Shown here: positions 28,355-38,135 of the stretch, piece by piece | Layout of the letters: every line of letters starts with the position of its first letter | Numbering within the stretch: the first letter of the stretch is position 1 | NCBI GenBank assembly: GCA_041175425.1 | Contig: JBEDEY010000277.1 | Location: 1-48,777, forward strand | Length of the DNA: 48,777 nt | Origin: Bacteroidota bacterium | Lineage (GTDB): Bacteria; Bacteroidota; Bacteroidia; Cytophagales; Cyclobacteriaceae | Reading direction: 5' to 3' | Notes under the pieces: generated by a model | Told to the model about the DNA's origin: nothing | Database searches by the model: none | The model's input: only the letters and a program-made list of their open reading frames with translations | Made by a program: the position numbers and the translations under genes

Positions 28355-29989
28355 ATGAGCCTTTCCCTACTCTTGCTGATCTCAGCCATCATTCTTTTGC
28401 TTGCCTACCGGTTTTATGGAAAATACGTGTACAACAAGTTTGGATTAAGTGATGCTAGAAAAGCCCCCTCACACACCCACCGAGACGGAATTGATTACGA
28501 GCCGAGCAAGCCTATTGTAGTTTTAGGACATCATTTTGCCTCCATTGCTGGGGCGGGACCCATCGTTGGGCCCATCATTGCTGTGACTTTTGGATGGATT
28601 CCCGCAGTGATTTGGATTTTGGTCGGAGGAATTTTCTTTGGCGCAGTCCATGATTTGGGAAGTATGGCTGCCTCTTTGCGAACAGAAGGCAAGTCCATTG
28701 GCGTGATTATTCGAAATCAAATCGGGGTTAGAGGCAAACAGCTGTTTATTCTCTTCAGTTTTTCCACGCTCATCCTTGTGATTGGAGTCTTTTCAGACAT
28801 CATCGCCAAAACCTTTGTGGCCAATCCTGGGGTAGGCTCCGCTTCCATTCTTTTTATTTTCTTGGCCATTGCTTTTGGCTATGCCAACAAATGGGTTGGA
28901 AATAAAAATTTGGCTTTTATCCTTATCACCGTCGTTGGGGTAGTACTGATGTACTACTTTGTCTACCTCGGCACGCAGATTCCTTTGGCATTAACCTACC
29001 CGATATGGGTTGGAGGCCTGTTGGTCTATGCCTTTATTGCTTCGGTTACTCCCGTATCGCTATTGCTTCAACCTCGAGATTACCTGAATAGCTACTTACT
29101 CTATGGCTTGATGATCGCTGCTGTTGTTGGGGTGTTTGTTTCAGACCCCACCTTAGAAATGAGTACAGAAGTGCAGCTATCTAGTGAAAGTTTAGGTTAT
29201 GTGTTTCCAGTTTTGTTTGTGACAATTGCCTGTGGGGCGATATCGGGTTTTCACTCCTTGGTAGCTTCAGGAACCACTTCTAAGCAATTGGACAAGGAAA
29301 GTGATGCCAAGCTAGTCGGATTCGGCGGGATGCTGATTGAATCCTTTCTAGCCATCATTGCTGTTGGAGCTGTGGTGATTCTGACCAAACAAGAATATAC
29401 CGAGCGCCTTAGTATTGAAGGACCTGTGGCACTTTTTTCTACTGGCCTAGGTGGGATGATTGCTAATTTGGGCTTATCCGAAACTTTTGCAGTAGGGTTT
29501 GTGGCCTTGACGGTATCCGCATTTGCTTTGACCACCTTGGATACCTGTACCCGATTGGCTCGCTTTACCTTGCAGGAATATTTTGAAGACATGCCCCAGC
29601 CAGCCGCTAAGGTATTGGCAACAAACAGATACGTATCGACCACCATTGTAGTCATTCTATCCGTCCTTTTGCTTGGATCAGGCGAATTTGAAACTCTTTG
29701 GCCTATTTTCGGATCCGCCAATCAGCTCTTGGCTGCACTCGCACTGCTGACCATCGGGGTCTGGCTAATCAAGAATAACATCTCTGCTACCTTCGTGACC
29801 ATTCCCATGTTCTTCATGTTTACGGTCACTTTAGCCTCGCTAGGACTTTTCGCCTTTAAAAATTTCGAGGATGGAGGCTATGTTTTAGCGGCCATTGCTA
29901 GTCTATTGTTTGTACTGGCTATTGCTCTAATCCTACTGGCCGTCAAAAGTCTAAAAAAAGAGGTCAAGACATCTGAAAAGACATCTTGA
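28355..29989 (+). CDS. cstA: Carbon starvation protein A family transporter (peptide or pyruvate)
   Basis: GHHFASIAGAGPIVGP, FVTIACGAISGFHSL, TTLDTCTRLAR, LWPIFGSANQLLA. Confidence 0.92.
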   Translation: MSLSLLLLISAIILLLAYRFYGKYVYNKFGLSDARKAPSHTHRDGIDYEPSKPIVVLGHHFASIAGAGPIVGPIIAVTFGWIPAVIWILVGGIFFGAVHDLGSMAASLRTEGKSIGVIIRNQIGVRGKQLFILFSFSTLILVIGVFSDIIAKTFVANPGVGSASILFIFLAIAFGYANKWVGNKNLAFILITVVGVVLMYYFVYLGTQIPLALTYPIWVGGLLVYAFIASVTPVSLLLQPRDYLNSYLLYGLMIAAVVGVFVSDPTLEMSTEVQLSSESLGYVFPVLFVTIACGAISGFHSLVASGTTSKQLDKESDAKLVGFGGMLIESFLAIIAVGAVVILTKQEYTERLSIEGPVALFSTGLGGMIANLGLSETFAVGFVALTVSAFALTTLDTCTRLARFTLQEYFEDMPQPAAKVLATNRYVSTTIVVILSVLLLGSGEFETLWPIFGSANQLLAALALLTIGVWLIKNNISATFVTIPMFFMFTVTLASLGLFAFKNFEDGGYVLAAIASLLFVLAIALILLAVKSLKKEVKTSEKTS

Positions 29990-30009
29990 CCTCATAGAAG
30001 GCAACGAAT

Positions 30010-31551
30010 TTAATCTACTCCATCTTGCTTTGCCTTTGCCACGGAATAGGCGGCAGATTTTCGGCCTTGATCCAATCCGGCGTCTGCATCAAACTGGTAA
30101 TGAATCCCCCCATAAATGCGAGACATAGCCGCCTCTTCAGCCCAAGTTCGAAACTGACTTGCATTGGATGGAAAAAAATGGGCCATTACTTCCGCAGCAG
30201 CACCCGAAAACGCCGCATGCCCTGAAGTATAAGCTGGAAAATTTGGCGTACCTAAAATAGTTTTAAATCCAGGGATGGTTTGAATTGGCCGTGGATAATG
30301 GTAGTAGTATTTGGCATCCCAGCAAGCAATCCCAGCATCAGCAATGGCCATATTGAGGTAGGCAAATACCCGAGCAGTGCGGACTGGATTCAACTTATTG
30401 GCCACTACCTCCTCTTTGGCAAATCGATTCCAATGCCCTGGAGGGGTATAGGTGCTCAACCCATCGTTCCAGAAGTTGGCTATCCGCCGCTGGTTGGTGG
30501 TGAGGTTAGCAGCATACTGCTTCAATGCCTTGGCCGACTCCTCAAATGCAGGAGAACCAGGTGCTGGAGGTGGGCCAGGACGGACCGACTCCACATTGGG
30601 AACATTCCAAAGTCGAACCTTACCAAAAAGAGGAACCAAGCCAACCATACGCTGTGGAGTTTCTTGATTTTCCCAAACCCATCCAAAACGGTCTTTGGCA
30701 GCATTCTTAATGGAATCTGATTTAGCTCGCGTCGTTTGGGCATTTTTCATCCCATCAGTAGACGCTCGAGTCAAGGCTGTTTTGGCCACCGCGGCTCCAA
30801 TTAATTTCCCCGCTTCCACATCACTGCTGACGTTTATACCTGCTACAACAAGAGATTCCAAATGCTCTTGGGCTTTCTGAGCCAAAAACTCTTTCTCCAA
30901 AGGAAACATCGCCGTAAGCACATCCTGTGAAGCCTTCGCAATCACTGCTCCATCGGAAGGATAGGAAAATAGCCCATTAGTCTGATATGCAGATTTGATC
31001 TGAGGATCCAGTTGGTAAGGGGCCTGGCGCTTAAACTTGTACTTGTAATGCCAGGCCATAATCAAGCCATCGTATTGTGCCACACTTAAGTGGGCCAGCA
31101 TCCTACTGGTGTAAGGGGGATGCGAATAGGGAAACTTGGGGTAGTTGGAAGGGTTGGCAGGATCCGGTACAGGATAGCTTCCATCCGGATTTGGAGCTGG
31201 GATCAAATTGTATTTGGTGGCCAACTCTAAAGCAATTTCATTCCACCTTACCAATGGATTGTTGGTCCAATAGGCTACCGCCTCGCGCTGTGCTGAAGTT
31301 GCTTTGCTCTGCATTTCTTTGGCATCTGCCAATTCCTTGAGCAGTTCCGGAGAACCGGATGCAGCTGGAGTGGAAAGAGGAATTTGTTCATTCGAAGTAT
31401 GCAAAACTAATTTCCATTGCCCTGCATTGGCGTCTAAATTCGAAAATTGATACCCAGTAAATTCGTACTTGGTGGGCAGGTCTTCCACACAAGAACTCCC
31501 CAAAAAGGCGAAGATTACGAGTAGAAGGAATGTATAGTTATATTTTTTCAT
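30010..31551 (-). CDS. Lipoprotein with tandem PAP2/vanadium-haloperoxidase-like domains
   Basis: Lipobox LGSSC. C-terminal domain has KYYYHYPRP, YTSGH and SRIYGGIHYQFD; the N-terminal copy is degenerate. Confidence 0.85.
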   Translation of the reverse strand: MKKYNYTFLLLVIFAFLGSSCVEDLPTKYEFTGYQFSNLDANAGQWKLVLHTSNEQIPLSTPAASGSPELLKELADAKEMQSKATSAQREAVAYWTNNPLVRWNEIALELATKYNLIPAPNPDGSYPVPDPANPSNYPKFPYSHPPYTSRMLAHLSVAQYDGLIMAWHYKYKFKRQAPYQLDPQIKSAYQTNGLFSYPSDGAVIAKASQDVLTAMFPLEKEFLAQKAQEHLESLVVAGINVSSDVEAGKLIGAAVAKTALTRASTDGMKNAQTTRAKSDSIKNAAKDRFGWVWENQETPQRMVGLVPLFGKVRLWNVPNVESVRPGPPPAPGSPAFEESAKALKQYAANLTTNQRRIANFWNDGLSTYTPPGHWNRFAKEEVVANKLNPVRTARVFAYLNMAIADAGIACWDAKYYYHYPRPIQTIPGFKTILGTPNFPAYTSGHAAFSGAAAEVMAHFFPSNASQFRTWAEEAAMSRIYGGIHYQFDADAGLDQGRKSAAYSVAKAKQDGVD

Positions 31552-31562
31552 CTTGTCAGAAT

Positions 31563-32489
31563 TTAAAAGGCCTTGAATTGGTAGGTTATTCCTAGGCCAT
31601 AGCCAGAAAATTGGCCCATATTTCTTCCAGAAATTGCCTTCTGGTAAGAAGCAATAAGCCCAAAGCCTCTACCGTTACTATTAAAATAATACTGAGCAAA
31701 TCCTTCCACCCGGTCAAAATCAACCTTATTGGTGGGCTGGGGCATGGAATAAACTCGGATATCGTCACCTGAGGTAGATTTGATAGTTGTTAGGCTTGCC
31801 TCCACCCGTAATTTTTTCTTGAACATCCAGGATCCAAGAGTCACTTGTCCAAGAAAAGCATTCGGCACATCCATTTTAGACGTGTAATAGGCATCTTGAC
31901 CTGCATAATAAAAATCCCGTTCCGCCTCGGTCACCCCTCGATGCAAGTAGGAGTAGGATGCCCTTAAGTAAGGACCTTTATCCAATTCGTATTTTCCTAT
32001 GGCACGGATGCCCAATTCATTGGCTCCAAAACCCAAGCTAAAGGGCATGTAATCCGATAAATAATTGGAAGCTGGCGTACTAAAGCTCAGGTTGGAAAAT
32101 CCCGTCAATTTGCCTTTGCCTATGGATTTTTCAAGGAACAATGCTTTCACCGAAAGCCCTAAATCTTGAATTCCTTGCACTCCAGTAAGTTGCCCCGCAG
32201 AAGCTTCTGTTTTGACGTAGGGAAGAGTCAGGATAACGTTGATCTTGTCGGTAATTCCTCCCACTAGCATGGGCATCCCCATTTGTCTGGTGAACGTGCC
32301 GATGTTTTGATTGACTCGAATGGTAGACCCCTCCCAATAGCGGTCCCAAGTTGTGTTTTCGTAAACTATCGCTAGGCAAATCTCCCCTTTTGGCATCATC
32401 AGCCCATCTAAAGGAGTTTGAGCTATGGATAGTCTTACAAATCCCAAGCTTGCAACAAGCAAGCCAAGGAATAGTTGATTGACTTTCAT
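31563..32489 (-). CDS. Putative outer-membrane beta-barrel transporter (Phenol_MetA_deg/SphA-like)
   Basis: Signal peptide from the ATG at 32489 (MKVNQLFLGLLV...SIAQ), amphipathic strands, GIQDLGL, and aromatic C-terminus YGLGITYQFKAF. Confidence 0.65.
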   Translation of the reverse strand: MKVNQLFLGLLVASLGFVRLSIAQTPLDGLMMPKGEICLAIVYENTTWDRYWEGSTIRVNQNIGTFTRQMGMPMLVGGITDKINVILTLPYVKTEASAGQLTGVQGIQDLGLSVKALFLEKSIGKGKLTGFSNLSFSTPASNYLSDYMPFSLGFGANELGIRAIGKYELDKGPYLRASYSYLHRGVTEAERDFYYAGQDAYYTSKMDVPNAFLGQVTLGSWMFKKKLRVEASLTTIKSTSGDDIRVYSMPQPTNKVDFDRVEGFAQYYFNSNGRGFGLIASYQKAISGRNMGQFSGYGLGITYQFKAF

Positions 32490-32623
32490 AGGTAGTGTAG
32501 TAAAATGTAAAAAAACAAACACACCAGGTTTCCGAACGTACAGCACGCACAATTCTAGAACGGTGGATTGAAAAACAGGTTGAACCAGACTAACCCGAGG
32601 GGTTTAATCCAGGCAACAAAAAA

Positions 32624-33169
32624 TTAACCTAGTTGGGGAGGGGGAGTATCTAGGTTGAAACTCGGACTCAAATACGTTGAAAAAATAAACCCTATTTCTG
32701 TTTTAAACTTTGGTACACTCATCCCTTCAAAGGAAAGGAGTCCAGTGCCTAGGTAATCTTTGGCAAACTTCATTCCCAAATTTCCAGTCTCTTGATCCTG
32801 AGGAAGCTGATCTTCTGCAAGGGCAGAAATCCATTTTTTTACAGTCACATCCAGCACTTTTCTTGCCGTATCCGGTACATAGACCACTTGCAAGGTGTCG
32901 TTTTGGTAACGCTGCTTGATGGCTCGGTAATAGTTGCCTTCCAATTCAAAGCGCGTGTTGGTTGCTTGAAAATCCTCTTGATTGGTCAAATAAGGAGCAT
33001 TGAGTGGGATTTTCAAAATTTGCTCCTCCAGCTGTACCTGTTGCTCTCCATAGATTTGATCCATCCAATTTCGTTCTAAGGATACATTCGCAGTGAGGTA
33101 CACCGCATAGTATCCAAAGTGAAAGAGGACAAAGCAAAAAAGGAGCGCTATAGCTACTGCATTTTTCAA
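32624..33169 (-). CDS. Hypothetical membrane-anchored protein with C-terminal PPP motif
   Basis: N-terminal hydrophobic segment, FELEGNYYRAIKQRYQNDTLQVVY core, ends LDTPPPQLG; TTG start. Confidence 0.7.
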   Translation of the reverse strand: MKNAVAIALLFCFVLFHFGYYAVYLTANVSLERNWMDQIYGEQQVQLEEQILKIPLNAPYLTNQEDFQATNTRFELEGNYYRAIKQRYQNDTLQVVYVPDTARKVLDVTVKKWISALAEDQLPQDQETGNLGMKFAKDYLGTGLLSFEGMSVPKFKTEIGFIFSTYLSPSFNLDTPPPQLG

Positions 33170-33240
33170 TTCAGAGAATGTTTAACCAAAAATTGAAAGA
33201 ATCGAGATCAAAAACAATAGGATCCCCAAGTTTCTTCACT

Positions 33241-33444
33241 TTAGGAGTACTGTCCCCCTAAGTGGCATACATAACTCAATCCCAGCAAAATAAGGGTAGC
33301 AATGCCATACACCTGTATGACCTTCAGTCGATTGAATCGGTCCAAAAACCAGAGCACGAGCACCGGTCGAATCAGCCCCAAGAGCAGCAGAAACCCGGAT
33401 GCAAACGCCAATCCGAGGGATAGCAAATGAATTACTTCAAGCAT
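33241..33444 (-). CDS. Small hypothetical two-TM membrane protein
   Basis: ATG start and two hydrophobic segments around GLIRPVLVLWFLDRFNRLKV; fills the gap after the infB terminator. Confidence 0.6.
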   Translation of the reverse strand: MLEVIHLLSLGLAFASGFLLLLGLIRPVLVLWFLDRFNRLKVIQVYGIATLILLGLSYVCHLGGQYS

Positions 33445-33455
33445 GGCCTAAAACT

Positions 33456-33486
33456 AAAAAAGGAACAGCGAATGCCGTTCCTTTTT
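33456..33486 (-). terminator. Intrinsic terminator after infB
   Basis: Minus strand AAAAAGGAACGGC-attc-GCTGTTCCTTTTTT. Confidence 0.8.
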
Positions 33487-33505
33487 AAATACACTTTTTT
33501 GAAAC

Positions 33506-36292
33506 TTATTTCTTACGCTTGATTTCGCGCATTTCGTATCCTTCGATGGTATCGTCGATCTCGATATTGTTGTAGTTCTTGATGGAAATACCACACTCGT
33601 AACCAGCTTTGACCTCAGAAACGTCGTCTTTGAAGCGCTTCAACTGGTCGATCTCACCTTCATGGATTACAATACCTGCACGGATGATGCGGATTTTGTT
33701 TTTTCTAGTGATAAAGCCGTCTGTCACGTAAGAACCTGCAACGGTACCCACTTTCGTGATTTTGAATACTTCACGAACAGTGATGTTACCTGTAATTACT
33801 TCTTCGTATTCCGGTTCCAACATACCTTCAATCGCATCTTTGATTTGATTGATTGCATCGTAAATGATGGAGTAGTGGCGAATCTCGATTTCCTCTTGTT
33901 CCGCAAGCTTTTTGGCATTGGAAGATGGACGAACCTGGAAACCAATGATGATCGCATCCGAAGCTGAAGCTAGCAATACGTCCGATTCAGAAATCTGACC
34001 CACACCCTTGTGGATGATGCTCACTTTCACCTCATCCTTAGAAAGCTTGAGCAAGGAATCCGAAAGTGCTTCAACCGATCCGTCCACGTCACCCTTGATG
34101 ATGATGTTGAGTTCCTTGAAGCTTCCGATAGCAAGTCGACGACCGATTTCATCCAAGGTGATGTGCTTCTTGGTACGTAAACTTTGCTCGCGCTGAATCT
34201 GCTCTCTGGAATTGGCGATTTCTCGTGCCTCTCGTTCTGTATCGTATACTTTAATGTTATCTCCTGCTTGTGGAGCACCGCTCAATCCCAACATTAGGAC
34301 AGGAGTGGAAGGACCTGCTTCTTTTAGCTTATTTCCTTTGTGATCAAACATTGCCTTTACTCGGCCATAATGCTGACCAGCAAGTAATACATCTCCTATT
34401 CTCAAGGTACCTGCTTGCACCATGATAGTGGATACATATCCTCTGCCTTTGTCCAAGGAGGCTTCAATTACAGTTCCTACTGCATTTTTGTCTGGATTGG
34501 CTTTCAATTCCAAGATTTCTGATTCAAGAAGGACTTTTTCTAGAAGTTCATCTACCCCTTGACCAGTCTTCGCTGAAATCTCTTGGGACTGGTATTTTCC
34601 ACCCCAATCTTCAACCAATAAGTTCATGTTGGCCAACTCTTCCTTGATTTTTTCAGGACGAGCATTCGGCTTATCCACCTTGTTGATGGCAAAGATCATC
34701 GGTACACCAGCGACTTGCGCATGGTTGATGGCTTCCTTCGTTTGGGGCATGATGCTATCGTCCGCAGCGATTACAATGATTGCTACGTCGGTGATTTTAG
34801 CACCTCGAGCTCGCATCGCGGTGAAGGCCTCGTGACCAGGAGTATCCAAGAAAGCGATTTTATGTCCTGTCTTGGTCATTACGTCGTATGCACCAATGTG
34901 CTGCGTAATCCCTCCAGCTTCCGCTGCAGTGACTTTAGACATACGGATAAAATCGAGCAAGGAGGTTTTACCATGATCGACGTGTCCCATGATGGTGACA
35001 ATCGGCGCTCTTTCTTCCAGTTCCTCTTCGGTATCAGCTACCTCTTCTTCCATCTCGTCTTCGATGGACTTGGTAAATTCCACGTCAAAGCCAAATTCAT
35101 CGGCAATGATCGTAATGGCTTCTGCATCTAGGCGCTGGTTGATGGACACAAACATTCCTAGTGACAAGCAGGCCGATATAATTTGGTTGACCGATACATC
35201 CAAAAGTGCTGCCAAGTCATTGGCAGAAATGAATTCGGTTACTTTCAAGATTTTTACCTCATCTCCTTCAGTTTCTACATCGCGATCACGTTCGGCACGC
35301 TTGTCACGTCTAGATTTGGTTTTTCCACCTGGCTTACTGCCTTGAAGTCTCGCAAGGGTTTGCTTGATTTGATCTTGAATTTCCTTAGGAGTTGGCTCCG
35401 CCTTTTGGATACGCTGCTGGGGATTACCTCCCGCTGGTCGTGGCTGACCAGGTCGATTGGGCTGACCAGGTCTTCCACCACGTTGGTCCTGAGGACGGTT
35501 TTGAGCTCCTGGAGTTTGACCCGCAGGGGTTGGAGCACCTGGTTTACTATCAATGCGTTTTCTAGGTCTTTTCTTATCCTTTCCTCTTTCATCAGAAGAA
35601 GCTACTGGACCTCCTTTTTTCTTAGTACGATCTACAGGAAGTTCAATTTTACCGAGTACGGTAAGTCCCTTAAGCGAGTCAGCTTTGGCAGAGATTAGTT
35701 CTTCCGGAACCACCTCTGGTGCTGGACTTGGGGTAGGCGCTTCAACTACCTTAGGAGTAGGTGCAGGGGTTGGAGCTGCGGGTGCAGCAGGAGCCACTGG
35801 CTCAGGCTTTTTCTCCTCTTGCTTTGGAGCTGGAGCCGGTTTCGGCTGAGGTGCCGGCGGGGTAGGAGCTGGCTTTCTGGAAAGGTCTACTTTTCCTAAA
35901 ACCTTAATTCCCTCTAATTTAGGTGCTTCAGAAGCTATTTTTTCTACCACTGGCTCTGGAGCTTTCGCTACAGGTGCGGGAGTAGCTTGCGGAGCTTGAA
36001 CGGCTGCAGGTACAGGGGTTGGCTCTACGGCTTTTTCCTGCTTCGGCAGATCCTGCTCCGATGCTGTAGGCTCATGACGCTTTCCAATTGATAAGTGGGA
36101 AGCCTCTTCCTTTTCAAGAGCAGAGGACTTGAATTCCTTTTCCAGCATGGACACTTGGTCCAACGTGATCTTGGAATTGGGATTGTTCTCTACCTCATAG
36201 CCCTTTTTAGCCAAGGACTCAACGATGGTTGCCGTACCCACGTTGAGCTTTCTGGCTATTTGGCCTAATCGCATCATTTTTTCTTCTGACAT
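33506..36292 (-). CDS. infB: Translation initiation factor IF-2
   Basis: [36 protein letters not shown]; start revised to MSEEK at 36292. Confidence 0.97.
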   Translation of the reverse strand: MSEEKMMRLGQIARKLNVGTATIVESLAKKGYEVENNPNSKITLDQVSMLEKEFKSSALEKEEASHLSIGKRHEPTASEQDLPKQEKAVEPTPVPAAVQAPQATPAPVAKAPEPVVEKIASEAPKLEGIKVLGKVDLSRKPAPTPPAPQPKPAPAPKQEEKKPEPVAPAAPAAPTPAPTPKVVEAPTPSPAPEVVPEELISAKADSLKGLTVLGKIELPVDRTKKKGGPVASSDERGKDKKRPRKRIDSKPGAPTPAGQTPGAQNRPQDQRGGRPGQPNRPGQPRPAGGNPQQRIQKAEPTPKEIQDQIKQTLARLQGSKPGGKTKSRRDKRAERDRDVETEGDEVKILKVTEFISANDLAALLDVSVNQIISACLSLGMFVSINQRLDAEAITIIADEFGFDVEFTKSIEDEMEEEVADTEEELEERAPIVTIMGHVDHGKTSLLDFIRMSKVTAAEAGGITQHIGAYDVMTKTGHKIAFLDTPGHEAFTAMRARGAKITDVAIIVIAADDSIMPQTKEAINHAQVAGVPMIFAINKVDKPNARPEKIKEELANMNLLVEDWGGKYQSQEISAKTGQGVDELLEKVLLESEILELKANPDKNAVGTVIEASLDKGRGYVSTIMVQAGTLRIGDVLLAGQHYGRVKAMFDHKGNKLKEAGPSTPVLMLGLSGAPQAGDNIKVYDTEREAREIANSREQIQREQSLRTKKHITLDEIGRRLAIGSFKELNIIIKGDVDGSVEALSDSLLKLSKDEVKVSIIHKGVGQISESDVLLASASDAIIIGFQVRPSSNAKKLAEQEEIEIRHYSIIYDAINQIKDAIEGMLEPEYEEVITGNITVREVFKITKVGTVAGSYVTDGFITRKNKIRIIRAGIVIHEGEIDQLKRFKDDVSEVKAGYECGISIKNYNNIEIDDTIEGYEMREIKRKK

Positions 36293-36353
36293 AAGCAAAA
36301 ACCTCTTTCGAAATCTTAAGTAAAATTAGGGTAATCTTCGGGGTTTAAGCCCC

Positions 36354-37598
36354 TTATTGGTCAAATTCTGTTCTGAGTATTCGGAAAATTTCATCAATGG
36401 TCACTTCCTCCAACTCGGTTCTACGAATCAAATCTTCCTTGCTCAACACCAACACACTCTTTGCGGTGTCCAAGCCTGTCTTTTTGAGTTCGTCGATTAT
36501 CCACTGATCGATCTCATCTGAGAACTCGTTCAAGTCCACATCTTCTTCTTCATGATCGTTCAACTCACGGAATACATCGATTTCATAACCTACCAAACGG
36601 CTGGCCAACTTGATGTTGAAACCGCCTTTTCCAATAGCTAGGGAAACCTGATCTGGCTTCAAAAACACGGAAATTCGCTTGGACTCCTTGTTAATGGAAA
36701 GCGAAGAAACTTTTGCAGGGCTCAAGGCACGGGAAACATAGAGTTCCAAATTCTCCGTGAAATTGATCACGTCGATATTTTCATTCTGTAATTCACGTAC
36801 GACTGCATGGATACGGGATCCTTTCATGCCCACACAAGCACCAACCGGGTCAATCCGGTCATCGTAAGATTCTACTGCTACTTTAGCGCGCTCACCTGGT
36901 TCACGAACAACCTTCACAATGGTGATCAAACCATCATACACCTCGGGAACTTCATTTTCAAAAAGTCTTTCCAAGAAAACGGGGGAAGTACGAGACAAAA
37001 TCACTTTCGGATTTCCGTTGATCATGTCTACACGGTGAACGATTGATTTGACAGAATCGCCTTTTCTAAAGCGATCTTTCGAAATTTGTTCGCCCTTAGG
37101 TAGAATCAATTCATTGCCTTCGCTGTCGATCAAAAGAATCTCTCGTCCTAGGATCTGGTACACTTCAGCTGAAATGATTTCTCCTACCTGCTCTTCGTAT
37201 TTGCTAAATAAAATATCTTTTTCAAGGTCCTTGATGCGCTGGATTAGGGTTTGACGTGCCATTTGAACGGCCCGTCTTCCAAATTCTTCCAACTCAATTT
37301 TTTCATATACCTCTTCCCCTACTTCAAAGTCAGGCTCAATTTTTTGAGCATCAGAAAGGCTGATTTTATCAAAGTCCCAGATATCCTCGGAGTTGTCATC
37401 TACAATTTCTCGAATTCTGAAAATTTCCAAATCACCTTTATCGGCATTGATGGTCACATCAAAATTCTCGTCTGATTCAAACTTCTTGCGAATCATCGCT
37501 CTAAATACATCTTCCAGAATACGGATCATGGTTGGACGATCCACATTTTTAGATCTCGCAAACTCTGCGAAGGATTCAATTAAGATTTTTGCATCCAT
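36354..37598 (-). CDS. nusA: Transcription termination factor NusA
   Basis: S1 and KH domains: REPGERAKVAV, DPVGACVGMKGSRI, AIGKGGFNIKLAS. Confidence 0.96.
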   Translation of the reverse strand: MDAKILIESFAEFARSKNVDRPTMIRILEDVFRAMIRKKFESDENFDVTINADKGDLEIFRIREIVDDNSEDIWDFDKISLSDAQKIEPDFEVGEEVYEKIELEEFGRRAVQMARQTLIQRIKDLEKDILFSKYEEQVGEIISAEVYQILGREILLIDSEGNELILPKGEQISKDRFRKGDSVKSIVHRVDMINGNPKVILSRTSPVFLERLFENEVPEVYDGLITIVKVVREPGERAKVAVESYDDRIDPVGACVGMKGSRIHAVVRELQNENIDVINFTENLELYVSRALSPAKVSSLSINKESKRISVFLKPDQVSLAIGKGGFNIKLASRLVGYEIDVFRELNDHEEEDVDLNEFSDEIDQWIIDELKKTGLDTAKSVLVLSKEDLIRRTELEEVTIDEIFRILRTEFDQ

Positions 37599-37603
37599 TG
37601 GTA

Positions 37604-38077
37604 TTAGTTAAAAGATACTTGTACGATAGATTTTTTTAGTTCATTGAAGGCGAAAGAATGCTCCTCTTCCACACTTTTTTTTCCTTTTTCTTTTTTGGTG
37701 ACCACCAACTTGATCCCCTGCTCTTCTACTTCCTTTAATTTGCCTGACACCTCTTCCCCAGAGAGCAGGAAGACCTTTAGTGTCCTCCCAATATTTTTTA
37801 GGTACTGTCTTTTTTCTGTGAGCGGATAATCCAAACCAGGTGATGAAACCTCTAAGGTGTACGCTTCTTCCAAAAGTTCATTGGTCTCTAGTTCCCCAGA
37901 CAAAGCCCTACTCAAAGATGCGCAGGCAGCGATGGTCATTCCTTGATCGGCGTCTACCAAAATGAGGATTTTGGTTTTGTCCGCCACGCGATCAATTTTC
38001 ACCTCCACAATAAAATGTTCTTCATCAGGAAGGTGCTTTTCGACTAGGTCTAGAATCACATGCTTTAGGTCACTCAT
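37604..38077 (-). CDS. rimP: Ribosome maturation factor RimP
   Basis: YTLEVSSPGLDYPL; first gene of rimP-nusA-infB. Confidence 0.93.
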   Translation of the reverse strand: MSDLKHVILDLVEKHLPDEEHFIVEVKIDRVADKTKILILVDADQGMTIAACASLSRALSGELETNELLEEAYTLEVSSPGLDYPLTEKRQYLKNIGRTLKVFLLSGEEVSGKLKEVEEQGIKLVVTKKEKGKKSVEEEHSFAFNELKKSIVQVSFN

Positions 38078-38093
38078 ACAGCAGGATAATGAA

Positions 38094-38115
38094 AGAGGGG
38101 ACTGTTGTCCCCTCT
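38094..38115 (-). promoter_or_regulatory. rimP leader hairpin
   Basis: Perfect 9-bp stem AGAGGGGAC-tgtt-GTCCCCTCT in the 5' UTR, 16 nt before the rimP ATG. Confidence 0.65.
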
Positions 38116-38135
38116 AGAAACTTTAGAATACCGGA

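Noticed and set aside
30010-33444. Accessory module as a mobile element or genomic island
   Set aside because: There is no integrase, transposase, flanking direct repeat or tRNA target, and no obvious compositional shift by eye.
33662-35849. Multiple long plus-strand ORFs antisense to infB (similar ones occur opposite surA, mreB, nqrF and rho)
   Set aside because: These are typical shadow ORFs opposite highly expressed genes with biased codons, and they show no protein motifs.
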